64,000 nt of DNA from Zootoca vivipara (lineage: Eukaryota), in contig NC_083283.1 in the NCBI RefSeq assembly GCF_963506605.1, positions 56,916,001 to 56,980,000 of the forward strand, read 5' to 3'. Below the pieces are notes generated by a model that saw nothing but the letters and a program-made list of their open reading frames with translations, ran no database searches and was not told where the DNA came from. This document shows positions 14,953-27,274 of the stretch, piece by piece. Made by a program: the position numbers and the translations under genes. Numbering within the stretch: the first letter of the stretch is position 1; each line of letters opens with the position of its first letter.

Positions 14953-15213
<261 letters not shown>

Positions 15214-17240
15214 TTACTTCTTCCTGAGGCTTTATTGGCGTTTATTCATATCTAATCAGTTTGTCATTCCATGTGTCCTTCTTTATGCAGCCCTAACAAA
15301 CAAACAAACAAACAAAAACCAAAGATAAAATCTCATAAAATTGTTACCGCAAGTTGGGCAAATCACAAAGCACCACAGAAAGTCACCATTCTTCAATCCA
15401 GTCCCAACCAGTGCCTGTTCTACCATGTTCAACAATGGATTGGTTGAGTGCCAAGACTGTGGAAGTCTAGCATGCCTAGAAACAAAATCCTCTGAGAAAG
15501 AACGTATATAAAGATGTACACACAGTCACTATAGGTTTTTCGGAAAATAAAGACTGCTCATTCATTATGCTACTGGTTCCAACACATTGGGCTCTCTCAA
15601 AATGTAGCAAAATAATGTACTTATGGGGTCTTCAGGTTACTCCACTACAATACAGCAGGCAAGATGACTCTGCAAGTTATTTGGCATGCTCCATTATTAT
15701 TTACAGGAATAACATGTCTTTCAGGGGCTAGGATAACCACTTAAGATAAATACTGCAGAAACCATACTCAAAGCAGAGAGTTCTTCAATGAGTTGCTTCT
15801 CTGTGGTTAAGAATGACTGTTTACATCCAGGCCTTCATGTTCCATCTCTTTCGGTATTGCCAGACACACATCTGCACGTGTTTTCCCCACCCCAACTGAA
15901 GATAACATGACACAACTTATTTGGAAAGCATTTTGTGAATGGCTCAATACATTTTCAGGTTGTGAGTGAATGCTTGTCAGCAGGTCATTTCACTGGATTT
16001 CTGCCATAAAGTATTGTTGTGACCTGCACCATTGAACCATGAGTAAAATCAGCTCAATTGGAACAAATCTCATCAGGAATAGTTATGTGATTCAGACCAA
16101 CATCTACTTGACAACATAGGGATGAAGCAGCACATGACTGAGGTTTAGAGAGATGACACCAAATAAAATGAATGTGGGTAGCCTAAGTTTTTATCAACTG
16201 TTTGGTAATAAATATTTTATAGCACCCTTACAAAATAAACAATTAAGATATTGACAGTCTTTGTGAGTTTTAGTTTACTATTTTTTCCTAAGCAAACTAA
16301 TAATCTAGAAAAAATATTTTTAGATTATGCACACATATCACTGTTACTATCATCTTTGCAGAGGCATTTACTCCTGTGTGTGAGAAGAGGGTATTTCTGT
16401 TAGAAGACAACACTTGCCAGCTGTACTTTTATAACTAGTTGAATTTTTTTTTATTTGAAATCAATTAAAATCTGCTGCCCAATCAACTGGGAGCACGTTC
16501 TGGAAAGTCGCATGAAATCAATTATCTAACCAATTAATCAGTGAGTGAAATATATGTCTTAAAACTCTGATTGCCCCACTAACTGCTTGTATGGTGTAAA
16601 GACCATAGAGAAAGGAAAGGGAAGTGACGGCGTTAACAAAAAACCCAAAAAGAGAGAGAAGAGAGAAATTGAATCCCAAGAAGTTATAGTAAAAAGAGAA
16701 ACCAGATGAAGGAAATGAAAAAGGCATGTCAAGTGCTACCGAGTATGGCTTGACTAAGGTGCACAGGAATGGCTGGGGCAGCTCTTCTACATTCTATTTT
16801 TGAGGGAACTTTGCAGACTTCCCCTCTAGCCTACTGAACCTATATGATCAACTGTGAACTGCTGGGAAATTAAATGACTGAGACTCCCGCACAGCTGAGC
16901 CATCTCAGCCTCCAGAGAGGACAGGCAGGGTGTGGGGACACTGGCCGTAGCCTTCACAGGAAGAGCCTTAAAACAGTTCGGGAAAGGAAGCGGAACTTTT
17001 TGGAGAGAGACATAATTCGCTTATCCCGAAGTGACTGATTGCCTGCCTTTTGAATGGCAGCCTCCTCTTCTAGCACAAAGCAACCGTTCCACCCTCGACT
17101 TCCCTCATACTCATCCTAGCAACTCTACCAAACTCTCCCCGCCCCCGCCGCAAAAGAAAAAAGAAAAAGGAGCTCCCCAACATGCATAAAGTGCTCTGGG
17201 ACGTGATCTCTCGCAGTCTCGCATCTCCCCGACACCTCAC

Positions 17241-17560
17241 CTCGGCTCTCTCCTCCCCTTATCAGGAACAGTTACGCCGCCGAGGGCCCCTTGCACCGAA
17301 ACCCGAGCATCTCCTCCTCTTCCTGCGACTGCCTGAGGGGGCAGCGCCGGCGGCGACCGACCTTCCTCCTCCCCCCCCCCCACCGCGCCACTCTTCCGGC
17401 CCCCTGCCCGCGACGCCTCCCCAGATGCAGCTCGCGCCTCCGCCGCTGTGCAGCTTCTTTTTTGCCGCTGCTCTTTCTGAGCGGTTGGCGACAATAGCAG
17501 AAGCAGCAAGGGAATCGGCCCTGCCTATGTGACGTCACGACAGCCAGCAGCGCCTCCGTC
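17241..17560 (-). other. SLC66A2: Probable non-coding exon 1 of SLC66A2 within a CpG island (5' end approximate)
   Basis: CpG-rich segment with a minus-strand donor CCGAG|gtgagg at 17241/17240, ~2 kb upstream of the exon-2 acceptor. Confidence 0.7.
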
Positions 17561-17860
17561 AATGAAAGGAACCGCCCCGCGCTTCCAGCCCCGCGACTCC
17601 TGGGTCCTAGCGAGAGACGCGTGCGTGACGATGTAGACGGGCAAGAGGAAGCGACGTCCCAGTTTATTTGTCTTTTCAAGAACGGGTACTGTTTTTTTTT
17701 TTGTTTTTTTTTTGCGCCAGACTCTCTGCCATGCGAGTACTGGAGTGTGCTTGGTGGGGTAGCTTTTCCGAAGATATGGGGAGAGGAAAAAAGTGTTTTT
17801 TTCGCAGAGCAGCATCAAGGAAGGTGTTTCTAAAAGGCATTTCAAATGACGTCATCCTCG
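17525..17860. promoter_or_regulatory. SLC66A2 CpG-island promoter with two palindromic CRE/ATF sites (TGACGTCA at 17530-17537 and 17847-17854) and a GC box (~17572-17578)
   Basis: GTGACGTCAC and ATGACGTCAT seen directly, along with CCGCCCC and high CpG density. Confidence 0.65.
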
Positions 17861-20733
17861 CCAAAGCAACAGCAGAGAACTTGCTATTTTTAACTATTGG
17901 TAAAAGTAATTGCTGGTCCATCCCCCCAATTAATTATCATTTTTTTATGCACTGTATGTAAATTCTTGCCTCGAACAGGATTTGTGATGACCTCTGAAGC
18001 AGTGAACCGATGGATAATTGACTTCCGTTATTAGTAGTAGTATTTATTCCCTTTTTTATATGCAATGTTGCTTTTAACCAAAGCAGAATAAAACCAGCTC
18101 TCTAAAACAGGGCTGGGGATTGGGGAACTAGTGGTCGCCCAGGCGTTGTTCTAAAACCTTGTAGGAAATGTAAAGGTCTGGAGTGCTACTGATATTCCTC
18201 AGAGATTACTTCACAATTACTGTTTTGTGTGCATGTATACTCTATTCTCACATGGTTGCTGAAATGGTCATATCTAAAAAGGAGGTTCCAGCTTCCAAAG
18301 CAAATCCAGGCTACAGTACAATCCCAAGTACATTTATTCATTTATTCAGAAGAAGAACCAAATTCAACAGGATAACAACCTTTATGTGTGTGTTTTTTTA
18401 GGCACCCCTCCAAAAAACCTCTGCTACTGTGGAGGCTCCTGAAGCACTTAGTGAAAGTGTGGATGGCTCGGAAGCTACTGGTGGTGGAAGTCCTGCCAGT
18501 GATAGCCAGTGTAAGACCACAAAACTGGAGTGTTGCAAATAGTGGAGCAGGACCAGTCATGGATCAGCTGAATCCTAAACTGCTCCAATTAAAGATTAGA
18601 ATCGAGGCTTGAGACAGGCGCCTCTGCTACATCAGCCTTGAGCTGGTGCAGCAAAACATAAAATCATAGAATTGTAGAGTTGGAACAGACCATGGGGGTC
18701 TCTCATGCAACTTAGTAAATATATATATAAGAAATAGGTTACTGATATATTGATAGCAAAGTAATACAAGACACCTGAAAATGATCTAGAATGTGCCTTG
18801 TATTTTATTTGAAAGTGATCTGTGATATTTCATGCATCTCAGTTATAAGCTAAATTACCCTCAAGGGGTCAGAGAAACCTTTGTTCCATAAATAGCTTTT
18901 CTATGTCAGCTTAAGTAACAGCATATACTTCACAGTTGCTAGAGGTCACACATCTCATGTGGCACTCATCATGCATCTTGTTCTAGCACACACTTGCTCA
19001 TACCACAGCCTGACTATAATGAATCCCATGCAGTTCACCTTAATGGCTATGATGGAAGCTAGCTTCAACCAGTCACATAGAACCATCTACCTCCCTTTAT
19101 TTTCTTTTATCAAACTGTGCATGGACAAGGAAACAATGTCTTGCTGAAACTGATTATCTGCAGGAGAGGAATATACAAATCATGTCAAATATTCAAATAC
19201 ACTAAATCTCTTTCTTAGGCATATCGTTCAACAAAATTTCAATAATGCTTATTTAGACAAAAATCCCATTGATAGCTATAAATCTTATAAATCTATAAAT
19301 CTTACTTTCACCAATTTTAAGCTTATTTATTTTGGAGAGTATATGGCTCTAGATTTCTTCACTGTGGCTCACAAAACATGCAGCCTTGTGTTGAAACAAA
19401 ACCAATCCACCAAGAGAACATTTTATTAGCTTTCTAACAAAAATCTTCCCTGTTCATGTGGAACTGTAGAGCAGGAGGAAGCACACGGTGGCCTCTGACA
19501 CCAAGGGACCAAAGGCTTTTGGAAAGCTGCAGTCCCTGCCCCACCAGGAAAAAAAACTGTGGCAAGAGAAATACCATTCCATCTTCAATCACACTCCCAT
19601 CTCACCTGTCCTTCCATTACTATTGGATGCCATCTTCAGTTCTCACATCTCAATTGCCAATCCTCATCTTTCCCCCTTATCTTTTCTCATGTCTAACCAG
19701 CATGGACAGGGGAATTTATAACTATACTGCCCAGCATACTCCTGACCAAAATAAAACACAAATCGTATTAAGAAGAAAATGGCAGTCTTTGGTCTGCAGC
19801 TCAGCAACCTATGGGACTCCCTAGCTGAGCTGTGGTGTTCTGTGTGGCGCTGGACAAGTAATTTCTCCTCCCCACAGTTGTCATTTATGACATGGAAACA
19901 TTTACAGTTAATAATGAATCTAGAAATGCAGTTGAGATTAATATGATAAAAACAACACATACACATGTAATCATCAATAATAATCTTTGTCATCTTTGTA
20001 AATACGGATATATTCAGTCAGGTATGTTTATCCAATTTTTTTGGATGACTCCCAGAAAGCTCAAAGAAAAGCAGTCACAATCTACAGTACCAGTATAACT
20101 TGTTCTGCCAGTCTCTCTCACATATTTTTCTCAGCAAATGCAAGCCATCTGTGTACTCAAGAGTGAGTAGGAACATTTGAGAGTACATCTCAACCTTAAT
20201 TATGGTTGCCAGGCACTCCTTATTTAAATAATTCCTCATTGACAACTCCACGGAGATATGTGGCCTGCATTTCCTTCCAAATATTATGGTCAGGATCTCA
20301 AGAACTGTGAAACCAGTTCTGCCAGTCCAGCAGGGCTTTTGACTTGTTTTCTCTAGCACCGTAATCTCCTTTCCCTGCCAGATGACAGCTAGCTATTGAA
20401 ACTGAGGGGCGCCATTGAGGCTCCCAGCCTGTGTGTGTGCGTGCGCGCGTGCGCAAGGGGGGGGGCAAAAACTGGGTCTTTGACCCGGGTGAAATAGTCT
20501 TGTTTCATTTACAGAAACTTAAAGAATGATGGAATGACCATACATACCAATATTATGTCTTTATATGTCTCCTCTCCCTTGTTTTCTTGATATTATGCAC
20601 TTTCTTATTAATTAAAAAGTATTTTCTTTCTTTTTTATAGATAAGTTCTCTCTTCTTGTTGTTTATACTATATTTGATGGGGGGAGGGGGTTTATGTTCA
20701 GAGCCACACGAGGGAATACTATATACATGAATA

Positions 20734-20885
20734 CAGTGATTTTTTTTTTGCTGGGGGTACGCAGGGGTATGCATACCCCTAAAGGTTTTGTGAATCTAAG
20801 TTTGGCCTCATTGAGGGGCAGTACTTCAATATGAGTAGGAAAAGGAGAGTGCCCCTAAACTTTTTTTTTAGGTGAAAAAGCACTG
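20734..20885. mobile_element. hAT MITE with exact 8-bp TSD CATGAATA, abutting the HSBP1L1 promoter
   Basis: CAGTGATTTTT ... AAAAAGCACTG TIRs. Same family as 60654-60816. Confidence 0.85.
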
Positions 20886-20949
20886 CATGAATACATCCCT
20901 CAGCTTGTACTATTCATTGAAACATCCAAGCTGTGTGTGCCTTGAGCGT

Positions 20950-21206
20950 TGGAAGTTGGCAGTTGGCGGGGGAACTGAGCGCGCAGCGCGGCCTTTCCCC
21001 AACGGTTGCCGCCTGGCGACAAGGCACGCGGGCGAGGCAGCCAGGCTCAACTGCCACCACCACTACCCCGTCGCTGCGCAGGCGCGGGGCTGAAGGCTTT
21101 CGATTCTCCCACTGGCTTGCCAACCAGCGGCCGTTTGAGGAGGGAAGAGCGGGAAGGTGAGGGACGAGGCGGCGGAGCCACCACAGCAAGGGAGGAGGAG
21201 GACAGG
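20950..21206 (+). promoter_or_regulatory. HSBP1L1 CpG-island promoter / 5' UTR
   Basis: CpG-dense region immediately upstream of the ATG at 21207. Contains TGCGCAGGCGC (NRF1-like) at ~21075-21085. Confidence 0.6.
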
Positions 21207-21251
21207 ATGGCGGACAACGACCCTCAGAGCGCCAGGGATCTCTCTCAGTTC
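21207..21251 (+). CDS. HSBP1L1: HSBP1L1 exon 1: MADNDPQSARDLSQF
   Basis: Strong Kozak aggATGg and donor TTC|gtgagt. Resembles the HSBP1-family N-terminus. Position between PQLC1 and TXNL4A is where HSBP1L1 lies in amniotes. Confidence 0.9.
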
Positions 21252-21723
21252 GTGAGTGCTGGACGCTGCCTCGCACCTGGCAGCGCCTCTCGGGGCTGCG
21301 TGGGTTTTAGCCCGAACTAGGCTGCGCCTCCCTCACGAAATGTGTTGCTGCCTGGAGAGAGGATGGGTCTCGTCGCTGCTTTGGCAATAAATGGGGCGTG
21401 GAAAATGGGGTACTCCTCCTAGCGGGCCAGGGAGAAATCCAGCCGTCGAAGATTTCACCAACTTGGAGCCGCAGGGAAGGCGGTCCATTAAGGGGGGAGG
21501 GAGAGCTTCTTGCCTCTCAGAAAAACGTAGCTGAAGGCAGAGAGGGCAGAAATACGGAAAGGCTTTTAACAGGGGACGGACGGGCGGTTATTCCTCTTAA
21601 CTGAAGGTTTCACGTCCTATGTTGCCACTCTGGTACCGGTAGTTATTGCCACTTTCAACTTTACTCCAGGAAATGCCTTTACTCCAGGAAATGAGACTAT
21701 ATACTTCTAAGTCATATCGCAAT

Positions 21724-21812
21724 CATAGCTGCCAAGTTTTCCCTTTTCTCGTGAGGAAGCCTATTCAGCATAAGGGAATTTCCCTTTAAAAAGGGAGAAC
21801 TTGGCAGTTATG
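21724..21812. mobile_element. 89-bp hAT MITE with exact 8-bp TSD ATCGCAAT
   Basis: CATAGCTGCCAAGTTTTCCCTTTT ... AAAAGGGAGAACTTGGCAGTTATG TIRs. Confidence 0.85.
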
Positions 21813-23022
21813 ATCGCAATCCTACCAGGAGATAATAAATCTGAAGTATGCAGATAAGTGCAGGAGTCCTAAAATGATACTTTCATTTTAGTAATTAATC
21901 CTCGCCCCTGTTTCATTTTTGTACTTCACAGGTGTGTCATATAGGTTGTGCCACACAAAGAAATCTGAGCCGATTAATAATGAGTTAGTCAAATCGGTTC
22001 CCATCTGTCTGCACAAATCAGCATACAAGACCAAGCTTTTTTAAAGGGAGAAATAGTTTGTTCTCATCTTAGACTTAGATGATGTACACATGAGCTGCAG
22101 AGGGAATGACTTGTATTGCATTTCAGAACTATTAACAGTGCAATAATCTTATCATTGTAGCTTTTTAGTTGATGAGACTGCTATATTGCATTAACTAATT
22201 AATCAACAAAAGGTTGCTGGACTAATAGCCACCAACAGATTGTTTCACTGTTCATACACAGAAATTCATATTTGTTATAGGTAACAAAATCTGCAATAGG
22301 AAGTGTTCCTACTTGAATTCTATATATCTTAATCACAATTGGTAGAGTAGAGAAAATGTAACCTTTAAAGTATATAGCTGGATATGGGCATATTTTGTAT
22401 TTTTAAGATGCTGACAGGTAGAGAGATTAACCTTACAATACATGGTTGTTGCACACTCTGCTTACAAGATTCTCATTTCCCAATAGCGTGTTACGTAATG
22501 GATTCATCCTTCAGCTTCATTGTTCTCTTATAATGACACTTTGATAATTACAGCTTCGATGTCAAATATAAATTCTTGTTGTACAAGCACTTATGCAATA
22601 ATTTCTGCCCCCAGCCCTGAGCATATTAGAGCATTCACACGTAAACAGAAATGTTACAGAGAAAAAACATGTTGTTGAAACAGATTGGCAGAGCAATCTC
22701 ATCGTGGTGGGTGGTCAGATTTAATGGTGGAAGAAGCGCTGTGTCTGAGTCCCACTGGGCTTGTCATTCAGTTTTCTTTCCCAACAATTCCAGTGTTCTT
22801 GTTTTTTGTTTCATTTGGTTTTCAGTTTTGCTCCTGTTGAGTCCCATAGGACATATTCCCTACACCAGTTCCAGGGCTGGTGTAGTTTTCTTCTAATTTG
22901 GAGGGTCTATCCAGGAAATGGGACACTTTGGATCCAATGCCTCATTCAATCTGGCCTCCCCCAGAGAATGAACCATCTCTTTGCATCAGAGCACTGGTGC
23001 TGCAGAGCTGAAACCTCTGTGG

Positions 23023-23159
23023 CAGGCATCCCCTAACTGCAGCCCTCCGAGATGTTTTGGCCTACAATTCCCATGATCCCTAGCTAACAGGACCAGTGGT
23101 CAGGGAAGGTGGGAATCGTAGTCCAAAACATCTGGAGGGCCGAAGTTTGGGGATGCCTG
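23023..23159. mobile_element. hAT MITE (CAGGCATCCCC...GGGGATGCCTG) with TSD ctctgtgg/ctctacgg
   Basis: TIRs plus an internal ctacaattccc/gggaatcgtag palindrome. Family members at 32766-32898 and 55841-55976. Confidence 0.85.
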
Positions 23160-24119
23160 CTCTACGGCCACAACAAAGAGGTCTCCAATAATGAAATTCT
23201 CTCTCCACATTCATAGTGAGGCAGCTACAATATCCTTTGCCCTTAAGAAAGCTTCTCAGTGACAATAGGACTGTGCTCTTCCATTCAAAATCTTACTTTT
23301 CCTCTGGGTCCCTCTAGCCTTACTTTATCCAGACCTTTACTGTACTGTTGTTTTAAACCACAATTTTCCTTGGTCCCTGAGCCATGGGCATAGCCAGGAT
23401 TTATTTTAGGGGGCAGACATTGCGTTGGGGGCAGAACCGAGTTATCTGTGATGCAATTGGTCAGTTAAGTATTTGAATTTATTTACTTGATTTAGGGAAG
23501 CAGCTGCTCTCCCTGGCTACACCCATGGGTCCCTCCATTCCTACTTTACTCAGACATCTGCACTTGTTTAAAGCACCCACTTTTTTCTTTCAGGATTATT
23601 TCCTTCTCACTGTACTCAACCTTTTCCCTCTTCCATTCCTTAGCTGTCTCATGTGAGAGAGATAAAGGATGTGGAGCCCTAAAATAGTCCATTGTATGAA
23701 GGTACTTTAAGCAAACCTCTGCCAATGTTCAAAATTGCTGTTCTCCTTTCAGTTTCTTCCATTCCTCCTTTATTCAATCTCCTGTTGTTTTGAGCCACTA
23801 CTTTAACCCTTCTCACTCCCATGCCATGGCCACTAGTGTTATACAAACTGCCTTTTCTTTTGCTCCACTGCCCTGACTCTATGCAAATTCAGGGTTGTGA
23901 TGAAGCCCATTGCACGTAGGAAGACATTCTTATTTCTTCTGAGTATACATGCACTTTAAAATATCTTCCTTTAGTCAGCTTTAATATGCAGTTAGCATTT
24001 CCTATCCCAGTGTACAAAATCCAAGCCGACTATTTTTATGCCATTTTATTACAGCAAATTGATGGACTCATTTTCCAACAGCATAAACACATTTTGCTAA
24101 CAGTATCTTTATTTCCCAG

Positions 24120-24186
24120 GCAGAAAATCTACTACAACAGTTACAGGAAAACTTTCAAGCACTAGCAGACAAATTACTTCTAAGAA
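24120..24186 (+). CDS. HSBP1L1: HSBP1L1 exon 2 (67 nt): AENLLQQLQENFQALADKLLLR
   Basis: Acceptor tttatttcccag|. Coiled-coil peptide matches recalled HSBP1L1 AENLFQELQEHFQAL. Followed by the U12 donor ATATCCTTTT. Confidence 0.92.
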
Positions 24187-25235
24187 ATATCCTTTTGAGT
24201 TTATTTTCGAAAATTAATATCACAAATTCTGCAAATTGATTACACTTTTGAAGCCATTTATATAACCTGCTTGATTTATAATTACCTTTTTTCCCCAAAA
24301 TAACTGCTTATGATTCTAAAAGTTGGATAAAAATACATTCAAATATATTGTAATAAGAATTGCTAAAAAGAAATTGTACTAATTGCCTGGAACAGTAATC
24401 AGTGATGGGAATCCAATAAATCTTATGCAAAAACATAAGGAAGCCCAGCAGCCCGAGGCTTGGGACCCTCGTACCTACGGAACCGCCTCTCCTGGTATGC
24501 CCCACAGAGGGCCTTAAGGTCCACAAACAACAATATTCTGTAGATCCCGAGCCATAAGGTGACTAGATTGGCCTCAACTAGGGCCAGGGCCTTTTCAGTA
24601 TTGGTCCCAACTTGGTGGAACGCTCTCTCACAGGAGACCAGAGCCCTGCAGGATTTGTCATCTTTCCGCAGGGCCTGCAAGACAGAGCTGTTCCGCCTGG
24701 CCTTTGGGTTGGATTCAGCCTGACCCCTGTGTTTTCCTCCCTCATGGTTTGGATTTATGGACTACTTAAAATGAGGCTGCATTTTAAATTTTAATATTGT
24801 ATTTTAATCTGTATTTTAATTAATTGTTTTCTTTTATGTCTTATTGTAATTTTATTGGTGTTAGCCGCCCTGAGCCCGGTTTTGACTGGGAAGGGCGGGG
24901 TATAAATAAAATTTTATTATTACTATTATTATTATTTATTTCAGTCCACCAAGGGCCATTAAAGGGCCAGAGAGAAGCTATACCAGTCATACTGACCAAT
25001 GCCTTTAAAATAAAAATCCTATGCCTACACAGAAGTAAGTTCCATTGAATTCACCGAGCATGCATATAGGATTGCAGCCTGTTTTCTCAGTCAAAACCAC
25101 TCTTGACTGGCATGTCCTTCAGTTTCATGTCACTCTGAGCATTAGACAATTCCTGGTGAAAGAGCAATCTGTCTTTCCACTACATGATTACTAAAGACAC
25201 AGAAAAGAAGCACAATGCTCTTTAACCTTTTTTAC
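24187..25235 (+). other. U12-type (minor spliceosome) AT-AC intron of HSBP1L1
   Basis: 5' splice site ATATCCTTTT at 24187, branch-like CTCTTTAAC at 25218-25226, terminal AC at 25234-25235. No GT donor preserves the frame and alignment. Confidence 0.88.
24440..24940 (+). mobile_element. L2-clade LINE 3' fragment with (TTA)n tail, inside the HSBP1L1 U12 intron
   Basis: agggccttttcagt..tggtcccaact.gtggaacgctct motif; ends gggaagggcggggtataaataaa followed by ttatta repeats. Confidence 0.8.
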
Positions 25236-25330
25236 CAGATGAAATGGGCGAGCGCATAAATGATTTAGAGAACCATGTTACTGGACTAATGGCACAAGCT
25301 GGGATAGAAAACACCAGTGAAGAACTAACG
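25236..25330 (+). CDS. HSBP1L1: HSBP1L1 exon 3: (T)DEMGERINDLENHVTGLMAQAGIENTSEELT
   Basis: Matches the HSBP1 family motif (D/E)M..RI.DLE....LM.QAG. Donor ACG|gtaaga. Confidence 0.93.
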
Positions 25331-25923
25331 GTAAGATTCTGGTTTTGTAAAATAATGTGGTATTGATAGTCATCTGTGAGTATAATACTTTTGAAACACC
25401 AGTTCAGACTCGTGAGTGTTCTTTTTGTTTGGGCTGCAGTAATACATTACATTGATTGACTGATTGCTTGAAGATTAATAGCCACTCTTCAATGATGGTG
25501 GTGGTGATGATGATGACCGCCCTATACCCGAAGGTTTCAGATTTATTGATAAAATCTTTTGCAAAACAAACTTTTTTCTTTCTTAAAAACACCAGCAAAC
25601 AGCTCAACAGAGAAGGCTAAATCAATCACTCATTTAAAATGTTTAAAGTAATAAATACATTTTTTACAAACAAAATTTAAAGTACCTGAGTAAACTAGTA
25701 CATTTCATTTAGCTCCTACATGTCAAAAATCCTGAGCATAGGACTGGGCTTCCCAGAGAAGGCTCTTCCATGTCATTACCAAATTAGCATCTCCTAACAA
25801 TGGAAAGTGAGGAAAATCCCCCTCTGATATTAAAGCATGAACAGGCTAATAGAGGTAGAAGTTAACTCAAGCCAATGAGAGAAGCAGTTATTTTAAGAGT
25901 GTGAATTCAACAACTGAGTAGTA

Positions 25924-26089
25924 CAGTGGTACCACATGTTGCGTAACCTCCAGGTTACGGCAGCGGCAAGCCCGGAAGTGTATACTTCCGTGTTTCGGCG
26001 CGCACGCAGAAGCAGCGCCTCTAGTTAGATTTTTCGGGGTGTGCACGGCACCCCGAAACAAATTAAATTCATAACCAGAAGTACTACTG
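25924..26089. mobile_element. Tigger/pogo-like MITE with TA TSD
   Basis: ta|CAGTGGTACC ... GTACTACTG|ta with a CpG-rich internal palindrome. Confidence 0.75.
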
Positions 26090-26507
26090 TACTCAAAAGT
26101 GCTTGGGGTGTGGAAAAGAAGGTATGAATGCATAGTACCTTAATGACAATGCAAATGTAGCTGAGTTTCTGCAAGACAGATGGCACTCAACTGAGTGTAG
26201 GGAAGACACGCAGATACAGATAGTTCAGGGAAACTAAAATTAAGTAGACATAGCATGTTGCAGAAGAATGGTATACCAGATGTCTGTTTAGCTTAACTAC
26301 ATATTCTTTCATAAGAATATTCTGGCGCTATATTCTAGTATAAAAAATGTGTCTGCTCATTCAATAGCAATCTTTTCATTATAAATTAGAAGCATATGTA
26401 AATGTGGAATGTGATAATGAAAGTCTATTTAGAGGCCTAATTCAGGCCTGATGGTTTCATTTTCCTAATTTTAACTCAAGCCTTATGCTAATATTCATTT
26501 TGTACAG

Positions 26508-26513
26508 CATTGA
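26508..26513 (+). CDS. HSBP1L1: HSBP1L1 probable last coding exon (H-stop), followed by the 3' UTR; total protein ~70 aa
   Basis: Acceptor ttcattttgtacag|CATTGA with a branch-like ctaat upstream. HSBP1-family genes end in a very short last coding exon. Inferred, too short to verify by homology. Confidence 0.6.
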   Translation, partial: H

Positions 26514-26927
26514 CGAGGAAGACATGAAAATGAAAAAAAACCTACTACTTGGAACTGATTAAGTATCTTTCTATACCACAGCAATGGCTATAGTGAAAGA
26601 AAATCAAGCAGAACATGTATAATCACTTGTATTCATTATTTCTCTAATGAAGGTAACATTTGCTCTTCAAAGTTTTGCATGAGTCAAAGTCATTATTCAT
26701 CCGAGATCGGTGGACTACTTAAGTTTACCTGAGTGTCTAACATTGGAATCACCCCAACACTGAAACGTAGTTTACTGTAACAGTGAAGACCATGGTGATT
26801 CATATTTTTATCAGCATATGAACAGACTATGTTCATGTAAGTTCCATTGTATTTTTGCCCATGGGTTCTTATCTTTCCCTAGGGTTGCCCTACATCCGCT
26901 GTGCTAGTTTTTTTGCTCAACAACTTT

Positions 26928-27274
26928 AAAGGTAAAGGGACCCCTGACCATTAGGTCCAGTCGTGACCGACTCTGGGGTTGCGTGCTCATCTCGCATTAT
27001 TGGCCGAGGGAGCCGGCGTACAGCTTCCAGGTCATGTGGCCAGCATGACAAAGCCACTTCTGGCAAACCAGAGCAGCACATGGAAACGCTGTTTACCTTC
27101 CCGCTGTAGCGGTTCCTATTTATCTACTTGCATTTTGACGTGCTTTCGAACTGCTAGGTTGGCAGGAGCTGGGACCAAGCAACGGGAGCTCACCCCGTCA
27201 CAGGGATTCGAACCGCCGACCTTCTGATCGACAAGCCCTAGGCTCAGTGGTTTAACCCACAGCGCCACCTGGGT
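26928..27274 (-). mobile_element. Full-length Sauria SINE with 12-bp TSD CTCAACAACTTT (26916-26927 / 27275-27286)
   Basis: aaaggtaaagggacccc tail, ggattcgaacc B box and exact direct repeats. Confidence 0.93.

Noticed and set aside
17182-17961. Many overlapping ORFs in the SLC66A2 CpG island
   Set aside because: Expected stop-codon depletion in GC-rich DNA, with no homology evident.
21090-21110. Possible heat-shock element in the HSBP1L1 promoter (GAAggctTTCgaTTC)
   Set aside because: Spacing does not fit nGAAnnTTCnnGAAn.
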